In this document: in pieces, positions 1 to 10,167 of the stretch
Layout of the letters: the number at the start of each line of letters is the position of its first letter
Position numbering within the stretch: the first letter of the stretch is position 1
Program-made: the position numbers and the translations under genes
The notes under the pieces: generated by a model
Database searches by the model: none
Told to the model about the DNA's origin: nothing
The model's input: the letters and a program-made list of their open reading frames with translations, nothing else
Source: an uncultured delta proteobacterium
GTDB taxonomy: Bacteria > Desulfobacterota > Binatia > UBA9968
Direction of reading: 5' to 3'
DNA length: 64,000 nucleotides
NCBI GenBank assembly: GCA_963771465.1
Contig: CAVYTU010000008.1
Location: 32,001-96,000 of the forward strand

Positions 1-301
1 CGCAACGATTTAACGAAATCGCCGCCCTGCTTTCTATAAAGTCCCACAATCGCGGCGCCATGATTATTACTGAGGGTATCGTCGGCGCTATTTTTCAAGT
101 CCGCCAGCGCTGCGAAGCCGTCGACGAATAGCCATACACCGTCGCCTACATAGGGTTCACGCCAAGTCTGCCAGCTCCATGGGAAAATTCCATATTCACT
201 GGGATTAGGCGGGCTTGTGAAAGCCTTTTCTGTGGAAGTATCAATCACAGGAAATTTCACTACAAAATTGACCAACGAAAATTGATGCAAAGCGATTTCA
301 T
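1..301 (-). CDS. Partial gene, probably asparagine synthase (glutamine-hydrolysing)-like amidotransferase of the EPS locus; runs off the window edge
   Basis: Manual translation gives ...VWLFVDGFAALADL...GAAIVGLYRKQGGDFVKSLR, resembling the AsnB-like N-terminal domain (LY+.yG.dfv..LrG). The GGAGG-preceded ATG at 301 is out of frame and stops after 13 codons; an in-frame GTG lies at 260, so the start is uncertain. Confidence 0.45.
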
Positions 302-323
302 CGCGCCTCCAAAGGTTTGCGCA

Positions 324-1595
324 CTACACTTGACCGACTGAAACGTTATGAGTGGCACCCTCCGACAAACTTTTCGCTTGATAAGGCCCAAGTAGTTCTT
401 CTAGTTTGGCGCCGGAGACTCCCCAGTTGTAAAACTGATTCATCTTGTTCCACGCCCGTTTTGTCAGGCTTCGCCGCAATTCCACATCTCGAAGAAGGCG
501 CACAACTTGACCCGCGAACTCATCAGGGCGCGTACCGATGAGCGCCTCTTGTTCGTTGCTCACTTCGATACCTTCAATCGCGAGTGGTGTCGCCACGACC
601 GGAATGCCAAGGGCCATAGCTTCAAGAACCTTGTTTTGAACGCCGCGAGCGATGCGCATCGGCGCCACACTGACGTCAGCTTGAATCAGCAACGAACGTA
701 CTTCGGGAACCTCGCCAATCACGCGCACGCCGTCAAGACGACTTAAGCGACGTACCGCCTTAGTGGGATGTCGGCCGACGATTTCAAATTCCGCCTTGGG
801 AAATTCCCGGCGAATCAACGGAAATATTTCACTCGCAAAGTATTCAACCGCGTCAACATTCGGGAAATAATCCATAGTGCCGACAAAAATAAGCTTAGGA
901 CCGATCGCTGGAACTTTACGACTTAACTCTGTCCCATGGAATGGAACCTGCACCAAAGGTAAGCGACGCAGATCTAAATCTGTGCCGTTGGGAAGGTAAT
1001 CGATCAAGCCTTTACCACCATTTTTCCGAAATAGTTCCGCCTCTGGCAACGACACGAACAAACTCTGGGAAGCCCAGCTTGATACCGCCACCTCAAATCG
1101 CGACAAGCAGCGTTGTTCGTGGCGGTACAGCCAAGAGATAGGAAACGGTGACGCTTCGGCAAGTTGACCCCACTTGTCCGAGTCGACATCAACGAAATCG
1201 ACGACTTTGCTCTTCGATGGAATATTCTCCGCATAGGCTGCCACTGCCGAGGAAAAAGCCAAGACCGCATCAAACGGGCCGGAACGAAGAGCCGTGTTGA
1301 CTGCTCGTTGAAATGGGCTGCCACCGTAGAAGCCTTCGGTAAAACTTCGTCCAGCAAGCAACGCAAAAACTGCACGCACCATGGCAGCCAATCGGTTCAA
1401 TCGAACCGGTAAAACCTCGCCTCGGCAAATCGATCTCAAGAACTGGGTATGATTCAAGTCCCGAATATCATCGACCCAATACACGAGAGTCACCTCGTGC
1501 GACTTAGCGAGATGGGACAGAAAATGAAACGCCCTGATCTTATCTCCCTTATTAGGAGGATAGGGTGTTCGGTGTGCAAGAAAAAGAATTTTCAT
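324..1595 (-). CDS. GT4 glycosyltransferase, PEP-CTERM/XrtA system-associated (TIGR03087-like)
   Basis: N-terminal LAHRTPYPPNKGDKIR, DFVDVDSDKW, GTMDYFPNVDA and ARGVQNKVLEAMA motifs typical of this family. Confidence 0.9.
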   Translation of the reverse strand: MKILFLAHRTPYPPNKGDKIRAFHFLSHLAKSHEVTLVYWVDDIRDLNHTQFLRSICRGEVLPVRLNRLAAMVRAVFALLAGRSFTEGFYGGSPFQRAVNTALRSGPFDAVLAFSSAVAAYAENIPSKSKVVDFVDVDSDKWGQLAEASPFPISWLYRHEQRCLSRFEVAVSSWASQSLFVSLPEAELFRKNGGKGLIDYLPNGTDLDLRRLPLVQVPFHGTELSRKVPAIGPKLIFVGTMDYFPNVDAVEYFASEIFPLIRREFPKAEFEIVGRHPTKAVRRLSRLDGVRVIGEVPEVRSLLIQADVSVAPMRIARGVQNKVLEAMALGIPVVATPLAIEGIEVSNEQEALIGTRPDEFAGQVVRLLRDVELRRSLTKRAWNKMNQFYNWGVSGAKLEELLGPYQAKSLSEGATHNVSVGQV

Positions 1596-1643
1596 CTCGA
1601 ATCACGCTTATAACGATTCGGCATTAAGACTAACAGGATTGAT

Positions 1644-2702
1644 CTAAGGAATATGCCTAACGATATGCGGCCCTAAAGTCTTGGTGATTGGCAGCGGCAG
1701 CTCGCGCCAAACCCGAATCGCCCATTGGAGCTTAGGGTTCAACGGGCTGGTATCCGGAATACTCTGTCCGTCCGGCGAATAACACCAATAGGGCAAAGGT
1801 TTGGGCTCGAATCCCCAATGGCGCTTGAAGTTAAAAGACCCCGTGCCTTCCTTGCTCCGACCGAAATCGAAAACCTTGTAACCGTTGGCCGCCGCATAGC
1901 GCATGAGTTCCCAGTACATGAAGTCATTGGGAGCTACTGGAAGCGATTCTTTTAACGCGCCGCCATAGTAAGGCAGCACCTGATCACGATAAAAAAACGA
2001 TAGCACGCCGGCGATCACTTTGCCTTGATGTTCGACCACGAGAACCTTGCATTTGGCGCCGAATGTTTCAACGAGATTTTTAAAATAGGAATAACCGTAA
2101 ACCGGTGTTCCCAAGTTCCGCACGCTTTCGGCATAGACCTCGTAGAATTCAGGCAACCGATGGTTATCAAAAATTGCTTTCAACCCAAACTTTTCCCCTT
2201 GGCGAACCATACGGCGCTGCTTACGCGGGATGCGGGCAAGATTGGCTTCATCGGTCGGCTCGATTTCGCCGACAAAGGTGACATAGGTATTCTTGCGCGA
2301 CCAGCTGGATGCGGTGCCGTTAAAACTTGCTTCAATCTCAAACTCGCCGAACGGGTTGCCGCGAAGCTCCAAGTAACGTACCCGGTGTTGTTTCGCCAGA
2401 CGCATCGCTTCATCCAAAAGCTTGCGGCCGGCCTGATCGCTGCTAGCTAGTATGCCGCCATAGACACCGACTGGCATCGCTACCAAGCTACGGCCGAATA
2501 ACCAGCTCTTAACTAGAACCAAAGGCAACACACCGCAAAGCCGCTGGGAGTCTTCCGCAATAAGATATATTGGCTCATACTCGAAACTGTTCTTGAGAAT
2601 CTCCCGCCACGCGGACAGGTGAAAGAATGTCCCCGAGGGATGAGCCGTTACAAACTCGTCCCAGCGAGGATCGCGATCTCGTAGAATTGCACATTCCATC
2701 AT
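1644..2702 (-). CDS. FemAB-related (GNAT) protein, PEP-CTERM system-associated
   Basis: SVRNLGTPV, VLPYYGG, NDFMYWELM, FDFGRSK and FKRHWGFEP motifs; located in the PEP-CTERM EPS operon. Confidence 0.9.
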   Translation of the reverse strand: MMECAILRDRDPRWDEFVTAHPSGTFFHLSAWREILKNSFEYEPIYLIAEDSQRLCGVLPLVLVKSWLFGRSLVAMPVGVYGGILASSDQAGRKLLDEAMRLAKQHRVRYLELRGNPFGEFEIEASFNGTASSWSRKNTYVTFVGEIEPTDEANLARIPRKQRRMVRQGEKFGLKAIFDNHRLPEFYEVYAESVRNLGTPVYGYSYFKNLVETFGAKCKVLVVEHQGKVIAGVLSFFYRDQVLPYYGGALKESLPVAPNDFMYWELMRYAAANGYKVFDFGRSKEGTGSFNFKRHWGFEPKPLPYWCYSPDGQSIPDTSPLNPKLQWAIRVWRELPLPITKTLGPHIVRHIP

Positions 2703-2714
2703 AATGATTGAATT

Positions 2715-3980
2715 TCAGCTTGGAAGTCTTAAACTTTCTGTGATCGCTGCGTCAACCCAAGGCGTTGTCTCCATCTTATGCGTAGGACTATGCTCCTGAA
2801 GTAAAATATCGACGATTCTTTTCGCAGCGTTGCCATCCCAAAAGTGTGGCGGCGCAGGCGGCTTGGTCGTATCGCGCAACACGCGAGAAAACTCTTTGAC
2901 GATTCTCTCTGGATCGGAGCCAACGAGTACATTAGTGCCATGTTCCAATGTCACCGGCCTCTCGGTATTTTCTCTTAGGGTGATGCAGGGAACGCCCAAA
3001 ATCGTGGTTTCTTCTTGTATGCCGCCCGAATCGGTCAACACCACTCTCGCGTGAGACATCAATTGAAGAAAATCAAGGTAACCGAGCGGCGGCACCAGCC
3101 GGATTCGCACGCGGGAATCCCAAGGCTCGGGCCCTTCGAGAAAATGGTCGACAAAATAATCACCCAAGTCGGCCTCTTGAATTTGTTTCAAGGTTCGCGG
3201 ATGAGCCGGGAAGATAATCGGCATCTGCTGCGATACTTCGAGAAAGGACTCCAGCATGCCGGCAAATTTTTGCGAATCATCGACGTTGGCGGGTCGGTGC
3301 AAAGTCAGGATCGCATAGGGTCGGACCTCCGCTCCCTCAAAGAGCTGAAGATCATTTAAAATCGTCGACTCCTTTGCCTTGGAATGGTGCCGCAGCAACG
3401 TATCGATCATGACGTTGCCGACGAAATGAACCTTACTCTTGGGAACTCCTTCATGTTCAAGGTTGATGTTGGCGCTTTCTTCCGTGGTAAAAAGGAAATC
3501 GGAGATCGAGTCAGTAACGATTCGGTTGACCTCCTCGGGCATGGTTCTATCGAAACTTCGTAACCCTGCTTCCACATGGGCCAATCTAGGGATAAATTCT
3601 GTTCTATCCTTGCCATTCACACAGCGGGTTTTCTTCGTCACAAGCGCGCAGCCAACAGTCGAGTTGACGTCTCCCACAACTATGACGACATTCGGATTCT
3701 CGCTGAGCAATACGTTTTCGAATCCTTCCATCACCTTGGCCGTTTGCGCAGAATGTGAACCTGATCCCACCCCTAAAAATAAATTAGGTTTCGGCAGTTC
3801 CAAATCGTTAAAAAAGAAATCCGACATATTCGCGTCATAATGCTGGCCGGTGTGAACCAATATATGCTCGATCGCGTCGCCGTTAGACTGACGATTATGC
3901 TCTTTGATCGCTTCGCAAATCGCCGCAACCTTCATAAAGTTCGGCCGGGCGCCGACAACGGAGACGATTTTATAGGCCAT
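2715..3980 (-). CDS. wecB: UDP-N-acetylglucosamine 2-epimerase (non-hydrolysing)
   Basis: VVGARPNFMK, HTGQHYD, HVEAGLRSFD, PEEVNR, TDSGGIQEE and RENTERP motifs. Confidence 0.92.
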   Translation of the reverse strand: MAYKIVSVVGARPNFMKVAAICEAIKEHNRQSNGDAIEHILVHTGQHYDANMSDFFFNDLELPKPNLFLGVGSGSHSAQTAKVMEGFENVLLSENPNVVIVVGDVNSTVGCALVTKKTRCVNGKDRTEFIPRLAHVEAGLRSFDRTMPEEVNRIVTDSISDFLFTTEESANINLEHEGVPKSKVHFVGNVMIDTLLRHHSKAKESTILNDLQLFEGAEVRPYAILTLHRPANVDDSQKFAGMLESFLEVSQQMPIIFPAHPRTLKQIQEADLGDYFVDHFLEGPEPWDSRVRIRLVPPLGYLDFLQLMSHARVVLTDSGGIQEETTILGVPCITLRENTERPVTLEHGTNVLVGSDPERIVKEFSRVLRDTTKPPAPPHFWDGNAAKRIVDILLQEHSPTHKMETTPWVDAAITESLRLPS

Positions 3981-4845
3981 GACTCACCTCGGCATGCGAA
4001 ATTGCACTCCCCAGCGACCGTGCCAATACGTCCGACATCGAAGCCCAGGTAAAGCCATCTAGGAGCTGATTCAATTTTGCCTCTGTCGAATGCAGGTTTT
4101 GATAATGACGGAACCGTGAACGCCACGCCGCCGCGATTCGTGGCTGATCAGGGTCGATCTCCCAAGGGTGGAGATAGAACATCACTGGCTGCGATTCTAT
4201 TTCGTTGATGTGACGAATCGCCCAGGCCGTAACGCTATAAGGCAATAACCTGAAGTATCCGCCGCCCGCGACAGGGAGATTACTGCCAAAAACCCGTAAC
4301 GTCGATGGTGGAAATTCGACGATTCGCCGGCTTTCACCGAGCGATCTGTAATGGGGGAAACGTGGCGCATTCGGAATACCATAGTGATCGTGAACTACCG
4401 GGAAAATACTGGAGTCGGATTCAAAACCGGCTTTTTGCAGCTCATCCAATGCCCACAGCGTCTGAGACGTAATCGAATAACTCGGGGCACGGTAGCATCT
4501 TATCGGATTACCAATAATATCCTCGGTGACGGATTTTGCGCGCCTTATGTCTTCACGGAATTCGTGTTGTTCACTGCGGCCAATCATCCGGTGACTATAG
4601 CCATGACAGCCAATTTCGTGGCCTGCTTTGAAAATATCGCTGACCAGCTTGGGCGAATGTTCGGCAACCCAGCCGAGAATAAAGAAGGTCGCGCGTATGG
4701 CACGACTGCTAAACATCTCGAGCAGTCGATAGGTGTTAGTTTCAACTCTCAACGGATAACGACCCCATTCGCTTGGACTGATAACATCGGCAAACGCCTG
4801 TACATGAAAGTAGTCCTCAACATCGACGGTCAGCGCATTCACCAT
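3970..4845 (-). CDS. Polysaccharide deacetylase, PEP-CTERM locus subfamily (DUF3473)
   Basis: NALTVDVEDYF, HEIGCHGYSH, YRAPSYSI, GGGYFRL and YLHPWEIDPDQPR motifs. Confidence 0.92.
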   Translation of the reverse strand: MVNALTVDVEDYFHVQAFADVISPSEWGRYPLRVETNTYRLLEMFSSRAIRATFFILGWVAEHSPKLVSDIFKAGHEIGCHGYSHRMIGRSEQHEFREDIRRAKSVTEDIIGNPIRCYRAPSYSITSQTLWALDELQKAGFESDSSIFPVVHDHYGIPNAPRFPHYRSLGESRRIVEFPPSTLRVFGSNLPVAGGGYFRLLPYSVTAWAIRHINEIESQPVMFYLHPWEIDPDQPRIAAAWRSRFRHYQNLHSTEAKLNQLLDGFTWASMSDVLARSLGSAISHAEVSHGL

Positions 4846-4853
4846 GAAAGCCT

Positions 4854-6251
4854 CTAACGCGCGCCTGCTCCGAGCAGAATGACTTTAAAGCTCTCGAAGA
4901 TGATCTGCAGATCGAATATTGGCGATAAGTGCTTGATGTAATAAAGATCGTATTGCAACTTCTCGACAGCATCTTTTTCACTATCACCGTAGCGGTAGCA
5001 AATCTGCGCCCAGCCGGTAATCCCCGGCTTAACCGAATGGCGTAGATCATAGTATGGAATATTCTGATTTAACTGTTCGACAAAAAACGATCGCTCCGGG
5101 CGCGGCCCGACAAAACTCATTTCACCCTTGAGCACGTTGATCATTTGCGGGATTTCATCGATTCTTACTTTTCGAATAAAACTGCCAACTCGAGTTACCC
5201 TCGGATCGTTTTCCGCAGCCCAGACCGGACCTTGTTCGGCCTCAGCGTTGTGCGTCATCGATCGGAACTTAAATAAAATAAATCGCCGATCATTTTGCCC
5301 AATACGTTCCTGACGATAGAAAACCGGCCCCGAACTTTCCAGCTTGATGGCGATGGCCGTCAGCAGGACCAACGGCGCGCTCAGGATCAAACCTAAAAAC
5401 GAAACCACCACATCGATAACTCGCTTGGTCGCCAGAATGAAGCGATCACGCCGGAATCCTTCCGACAAAGCAATCCACTCTGGCGGCAAGTCAACCACGG
5501 CGATCTTGCTCGCCAACCGTTCATAAAACGAATGACAATCTTCGATCGCAACTCCGAGGGCCTTAATTTTGACAAGTTCTTGGAAGTACGACTGGGGGCA
5601 GTGATCTGCTCCCGCTAACAGCACCCGATCAACACGATTACTCGCAATCAAACCGCTCAATGATTGGGGAGCAAAGAGCGGAAGTTCGACCTTCTTGGGA
5701 TTGCCATAGGTTAGGGTGATCCGACCAGCTTGTTCGCCGACGAAACCGACTACATCCATGCCAAGCTTCTTTTTCAAATAGAGCTCTTCAGCGACCATCT
5801 TGCCGATCATTCGCGTACCGACGATCAAGACCTTGGCACGAATTCCCGCCTTCCTGACGACATGCACGAACGCAATCCGCCAAAAGCAAAGAGACAGCCC
5901 CAGGGCAATCATCTCGCTCAGATAAATCGACTTGCCAAAATTCGGAATCGGATAACTGACGATTCCAATCACGATGCAGGCAGCGCCCAAACCGGCAACA
6001 AATCGATGTAACAACTCACGCACAGACAAGCTCGGATCGAGGGTATAGAGATCGGAATAATAAAATGCCGTCGCGACAATCAATGCCATGGCAAAACCAT
6101 GCGCAGCCGGTGTCAGCCAAAGATCGTCGGTCGGCAAATCGCCAGAGGTGAGCAACGACCGAACGGCCGAACTCGCAGCGACCACCAAGACCAAATCCCC
6201 AACCACCAACAGCAAGTCGTAGGCTGTATAGTATCGATTTAAAAGCCTCAC
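4854..6251 (-). CDS. Priming sugar transferase (polyprenyl glycosylphosphotransferase), PEP-CTERM/XrtA type
   Basis: N-terminal TM helices; KFRSM, DPRVTRVG, RIDEIPQ, GEMSFVGPRPER, KPGITGWAQ and KLQYDLYY motifs; TTG start. Confidence 0.92.
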   Translation of the reverse strand: MRLLNRYYTAYDLLLVVGDLVLVVAASSAVRSLLTSGDLPTDDLWLTPAAHGFAMALIVATAFYYSDLYTLDPSLSVRELLHRFVAGLGAACIVIGIVSYPIPNFGKSIYLSEMIALGLSLCFWRIAFVHVVRKAGIRAKVLIVGTRMIGKMVAEELYLKKKLGMDVVGFVGEQAGRITLTYGNPKKVELPLFAPQSLSGLIASNRVDRVLLAGADHCPQSYFQELVKIKALGVAIEDCHSFYERLASKIAVVDLPPEWIALSEGFRRDRFILATKRVIDVVVSFLGLILSAPLVLLTAIAIKLESSGPVFYRQERIGQNDRRFILFKFRSMTHNAEAEQGPVWAAENDPRVTRVGSFIRKVRIDEIPQMINVLKGEMSFVGPRPERSFFVEQLNQNIPYYDLRHSVKPGITGWAQICYRYGDSEKDAVEKLQYDLYYIKHLSPIFDLQIIFESFKVILLGAGAR

Positions 6252-6253
6252 AT

Positions 6254-7204
6254 TTATCCGTGGCCGTTGGAGGAATAATAATAGTAATACTTCGAACCTA
6301 TACCTAAGTCAGCGCCATTAAGCACAACCCCCAATATCTTGTTGGGACCAAACGAGCTCAATGCTTTAGCGAGGTAGTCTTTGGGGGTTTTTCCGGCGCG
6401 AATGACCATAATCACACCATCCACTTGACGGCTCAGCACCAACGGATCAGGCGTGGCAAGCACTGGTGGCGAATCGATGATCACCATATGGCCAGGAAAC
6501 TCGGCATGAACTTCCTCAATCAGACGGCGCATCTTATCCTTCGCCAAAAGCTCGGAGGCGAATCTCGTAGGCTTTCCCGCGGGAATATATCGCAGGCCGT
6601 TAAGGTGAGTGTCCCGTACCAAGCCCTTCACACTTCCCGGAGCGTTTGAACCGAGGAAATCGGTAAGGCCAAGGGCGCCATCGCCGCTAAAGAAACGGTG
6701 TACACTCGGAGCGCGTAAATCCGCATCGATCAAGATCACCTTCTCTTCGTATTCTAGAGCGATAGCGGCCGCGAGGTTCACAGACACGGTGGTTTTTCCA
6801 TCGCGCTTGACCGGACTGGTAATCGCAATGGTTCGAATCCCGGCTTCGGTTCGCAGTCGTTTGAGCTGCTCGCGGAGGATTTTGTATTGCTCGGAAATCG
6901 CCGACTCCTCTTCCAAAACGACGATGGGATGTGTCTCATAACGTCGCAAATCCCAGCCAAAGAACAATTCCTCTAATCGTTCGCGCCACGTCTTGGGGAC
7001 ACTCAAAACCGTTGGCACGCTTGGCACACTCAGCGTAGCGTCTCGGTGTTTTCCATTGAGTTCCGCCGGCCATTCGATACGCGGCGCACTTTTCTCCACG
7101 ACAGGCGTGGCCTCGACAGCGTGACCCTTTTCTTTCGTCGCGCTATCTACCTGGCGCTCTCGCTCGTGGCTTGCTTTGGTTAACGCTTCAAAAACTCTGC
7201 TCAT
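6254..7204 (-). CDS. BY-kinase (CpsD/CapB/Wzc-like tyrosine autokinase)
   Basis: MSRVFEAL start, Walker A DGKTT, IDADLR, IIDSPP, C-terminal tyrosine cluster KYYYYY. Confidence 0.9.
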   Translation of the reverse strand: MSRVFEALTKASHERERQVDSATKEKGHAVEATPVVEKSAPRIEWPAELNGKHRDATLSVPSVPTVLSVPKTWRERLEELFFGWDLRRYETHPIVVLEEESAISEQYKILREQLKRLRTEAGIRTIAITSPVKRDGKTTVSVNLAAAIALEYEEKVILIDADLRAPSVHRFFSGDGALGLTDFLGSNAPGSVKGLVRDTHLNGLRYIPAGKPTRFASELLAKDKMRRLIEEVHAEFPGHMVIIDSPPVLATPDPLVLSRQVDGVIMVIRAGKTPKDYLAKALSSFGPNKILGVVLNGADLGIGSKYYYYYSSNGHG

Positions 7205-7350
7205 GCACAACGCTCCTACTCTATCAATTGACACACTGGCCCACTGGCAGGCCGATTAAAAAACCGTTCGGATACTAATATCCGCTGTTCAATTCGAATA
7301 ATTCCCGAGTCCGCACTCACGAATACCGATTGCAGTTGTGAAAGCCCCGA

Positions 7351-8574
7351 CTAGCCCTTCGCAATCGTCCTCACACCGTCGGAAATGAGCTTGCGAAAAC
7401 GTTCTCTCATGGCATCGTCGAATATTTCCCGGCTGACCGAATCGATCAATCCGCTGATTTTTTCGCGGGGGAATCGATCCAGGGTCGCGCCGTGAAGTTT
7501 GACTTGCTCGGATAAAACCACCGGACCCATCGGCCCCATGGCATCGATTAGCGCTTCACGTAGCGAAATTAAGAATCCCTCCGGCACCGAAGTGTAAATG
7601 GATGGCCCGTCGGAGCGATCTGTAATCGCACCGATTCGATGTCCCTTAACCAGCTGTACCGGCTGTTGCCGAGTTACTTCCGGTCGCGCCGTGGCGCGCG
7701 GTTCAAGTTGCAAAGGCACGTCACGCCGAGCGACTACCGCTCGCACGGGTGGGGTTACCAAACAGAGATCTTCTGCAACTTCGTGGATGAAACGCGGTTC
7801 AATCTCCTTTTTCTCAAGAGCGTACGCAGAGATCATGGCGTTATCACAAATCACGTTGATCAGTCGCGGAATCCCCCCCGAAAATTGATAAATCGATTCG
7901 ATCGCCTTAGTCAGAAAAATACTCGGAACCCCGCCGGCAAGATTCAAACGGTTCGCGATATACTCCTGACACTCGCTAAGTGACAACGAACGGAGGTGAT
8001 GACGCAGCGCGACCCTCTGCTTTAGCTGACGCAACTGTGGTGTATTCAGACGTTCGTTCAATTCCGGTTGGCCGACGAGCAAAATTTGCAGAAGTTTATC
8101 CTTGGTCGTCTCAAAATTTGAAAGCAGTCTTACGCTTTCCAAAACCTCAGAAGACAGATTTTGTGCCTCGTCGATGATGAGAGCAGCGTTCTCGCCGTCA
8201 CGGTATTTTTGTAGCAAGAATTCATTCAACAGATAGACATAATCGTGGGTGTCTCTCAGTCCCTGCATGGGCTCGATGAGCTTGAATTCCTCACACACAT
8301 AACGCAACAAATCGATGGGACTCAGTATGGCGCTAAAAATCAGTGCCGTATGGGTACTCGTGCCTAACTGTTGCAGCAAGGCTTGTATGAGCGTGGTCTT
8401 GCCAGTGCCCACTTCGCCAGTGAGCACGATGAATCCGCGCCGAGCACGAATCCCGTACATCAACTGAGCCAGCCCTTCGCGATGACTCGCGCTCTGGAAT
8501 AAAAAACTCGGATCAGGGGTAATATTAAACGGTGCTTCCCTGAGGCCGAAATATGAACTGTAGACAGGCAGCAT
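7351..8574 (-). CDS. ExeA-like AAA ATPase (PEP-CTERM-associated secretion ATPase type) with an extra C-terminal helical domain
   Basis: YFGLREAPFNITPDP, GEVGTGKTT, IIDEAQNL, GQPEL and GGIPRLINVICD motifs. Confidence 0.88.
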   Translation of the reverse strand: MLPVYSSYFGLREAPFNITPDPSFLFQSASHREGLAQLMYGIRARRGFIVLTGEVGTGKTTLIQALLQQLGTSTHTALIFSAILSPIDLLRYVCEEFKLIEPMQGLRDTHDYVYLLNEFLLQKYRDGENAALIIDEAQNLSSEVLESVRLLSNFETTKDKLLQILLVGQPELNERLNTPQLRQLKQRVALRHHLRSLSLSECQEYIANRLNLAGGVPSIFLTKAIESIYQFSGGIPRLINVICDNAMISAYALEKKEIEPRFIHEVAEDLCLVTPPVRAVVARRDVPLQLEPRATARPEVTRQQPVQLVKGHRIGAITDRSDGPSIYTSVPEGFLISLREALIDAMGPMGPVVLSEQVKLHGATLDRFPREKISGLIDSVSREIFDDAMRERFRKLISDGVRTIAKG

Positions 8575-8580
8575 AGTTTC

Positions 8581-10134
8581 CTAGAAAAACCGCGCGGCGA
8601 ACAGTCGAACCAAGATCAATCCAAGTAGCAGTGCGCCCAGCGTAGAGATCCCCAACAATCCCTGCGCGCGGCGCCGCTCGAGCACGGCTCCCCTGGTAAT
8701 GATCGCGGGAATCGTCGCAAGAATTGGCAGATCGATAAAACCGGCCAGATCATCGCTATTCTTAAAAGAGCGATCCAACAGATCCCAAAGAAACGCTGCC
8801 GCGAGCCCGCCAAGAATTCCAGCGGCCAATCCACCAAAAAGAATGAACGGGCGATTGGGCTTAAACGGAGACAACGGCAGATTGGCAGGGTCGATGACTT
8901 GAAACTGTTCGCCTTTCTGCTTCTTTTCCAGGTTCTCCGAAAGTTGAGACTCCAACCCTTTCGCCAAGAGATCTTGGTATTTTCGCAGCGTAATATCGTA
9001 AGTTCGAGTAACTTTGGTTAGTTCGATTCCACGCATTGGGATATTTTCAAGACGCTTTTGATGGAGCGCGATGGAATTTCGCAACTCCCCATTGGAAGCT
9101 TGGATGGCATTAATCGAGGACTTCAAACTATCAATCTGTTCCTCAATAATCTGCTTGAGCGGATTATCAGCGGTTTTGGGCGACGATGGACCAACGTTCT
9201 TGGCTTTTTCTTTTTCTGCTTCTAATTCTTTCCCGAGTATCCGTATCTCCGTCCTTAGCCGCAGTACGTCCGGATGCTTCTCACTGTAGCGGACCAGCAA
9301 AGACTCCAACTCCTTTTCGCGAAACTGGATCTTCTGATTTGCCGGCAGATTAAGTTTTACTTCGCTCTCACCCGATTTGGAGCTTATTGACACCGGCGCA
9401 TTGGCCTCAACCAATTGCTTCTGCAGGCTACCCAATCGTTCCTGCATCGAGGCCGCAGTGGCCGTGTTGCCCTTGAGCTCATCTCGGAACTGTTCAACCA
9501 TACGCAAATTCGCGTCGAGCTGATCCGGCAACTCATAGCGATTGTTTATCTTATAGTGGGTCACCAGCGCCTCTTGCTCTTCCAACTCTTTGCGCAAGCG
9601 CTCGGCTTCCGAGTTAATGAAATTCGTCGTACCGATGGCCTGCTGCTCCCGCACTTGAAGATTCTGCTCGATAAATAACGAAGCCAATCGATTGGCCACC
9701 TTCATCGCGGTTTCGGGGTTTCCCGAGTCAAAAGACACCTGAAAAGCGTCATTGCGCCGGATGTCAAGCCGAATGTTGCCTCGTAACATGCCGACTCGAT
9801 CTTCCATCGTTACTCCGCCGCCACCGGGGAAGAGACCGAATTCCTTAATGATACTTTCTAAGCGAGTACGGCTAAGGATTTCCTGGCTAATTGAATTAAT
9901 TCGATCCGACACACTCGAAGTAATCGTCGACATGACGATACCTCCAGGAATCCTCTGCGGGGTGATTAAGATTAGCGAACTCGACCTAAAGGTACTGGGA
10001 AGCGTCGCTGCGATGTAAGCGGCCAGCAAAAACACCACCAGACTGATGGCAAATACGAGACCTTTATGACGATAAAAGCCAGAAAAGATTTTCGAAAAAT
10101 CTAGATCACCTGTCGGGTTCACAGCAGCCTCCAA
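8581..10134 (-). CDS. Polysaccharide chain-length determinant / co-polymerase (Wzz/GumC-like)
   Basis: Two TM segments flanking a long coiled coil; ILSRTRLE, YSEKHPDV and FQVIDPA..P..P..PNR motifs. Confidence 0.88.
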   Translation of the reverse strand: MEAAVNPTGDLDFSKIFSGFYRHKGLVFAISLVVFLLAAYIAATLPSTFRSSSLILITPQRIPGGIVMSTITSSVSDRINSISQEILSRTRLESIIKEFGLFPGGGGVTMEDRVGMLRGNIRLDIRRNDAFQVSFDSGNPETAMKVANRLASLFIEQNLQVREQQAIGTTNFINSEAERLRKELEEQEALVTHYKINNRYELPDQLDANLRMVEQFRDELKGNTATAASMQERLGSLQKQLVEANAPVSISSKSGESEVKLNLPANQKIQFREKELESLLVRYSEKHPDVLRLRTEIRILGKELEAEKEKAKNVGPSSPKTADNPLKQIIEEQIDSLKSSINAIQASNGELRNSIALHQKRLENIPMRGIELTKVTRTYDITLRKYQDLLAKGLESQLSENLEKKQKGEQFQVIDPANLPLSPFKPNRPFILFGGLAAGILGGLAAAFLWDLLDRSFKNSDDLAGFIDLPILATIPAIITRGAVLERRRAQGLLGISTLGALLLGLILVRLFAARFF

Positions 10135-10167
10135 ACCATTCTAAGATCGCGGGAAAATTACAATTAA

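Noticed and set aside
6825-6850. GGTTCGAATCCCGGC resembles a tRNA T-arm
   Set aside because: It lies inside the tyrosine kinase CDS and no acceptor, D or anticodon stems could be built around it.
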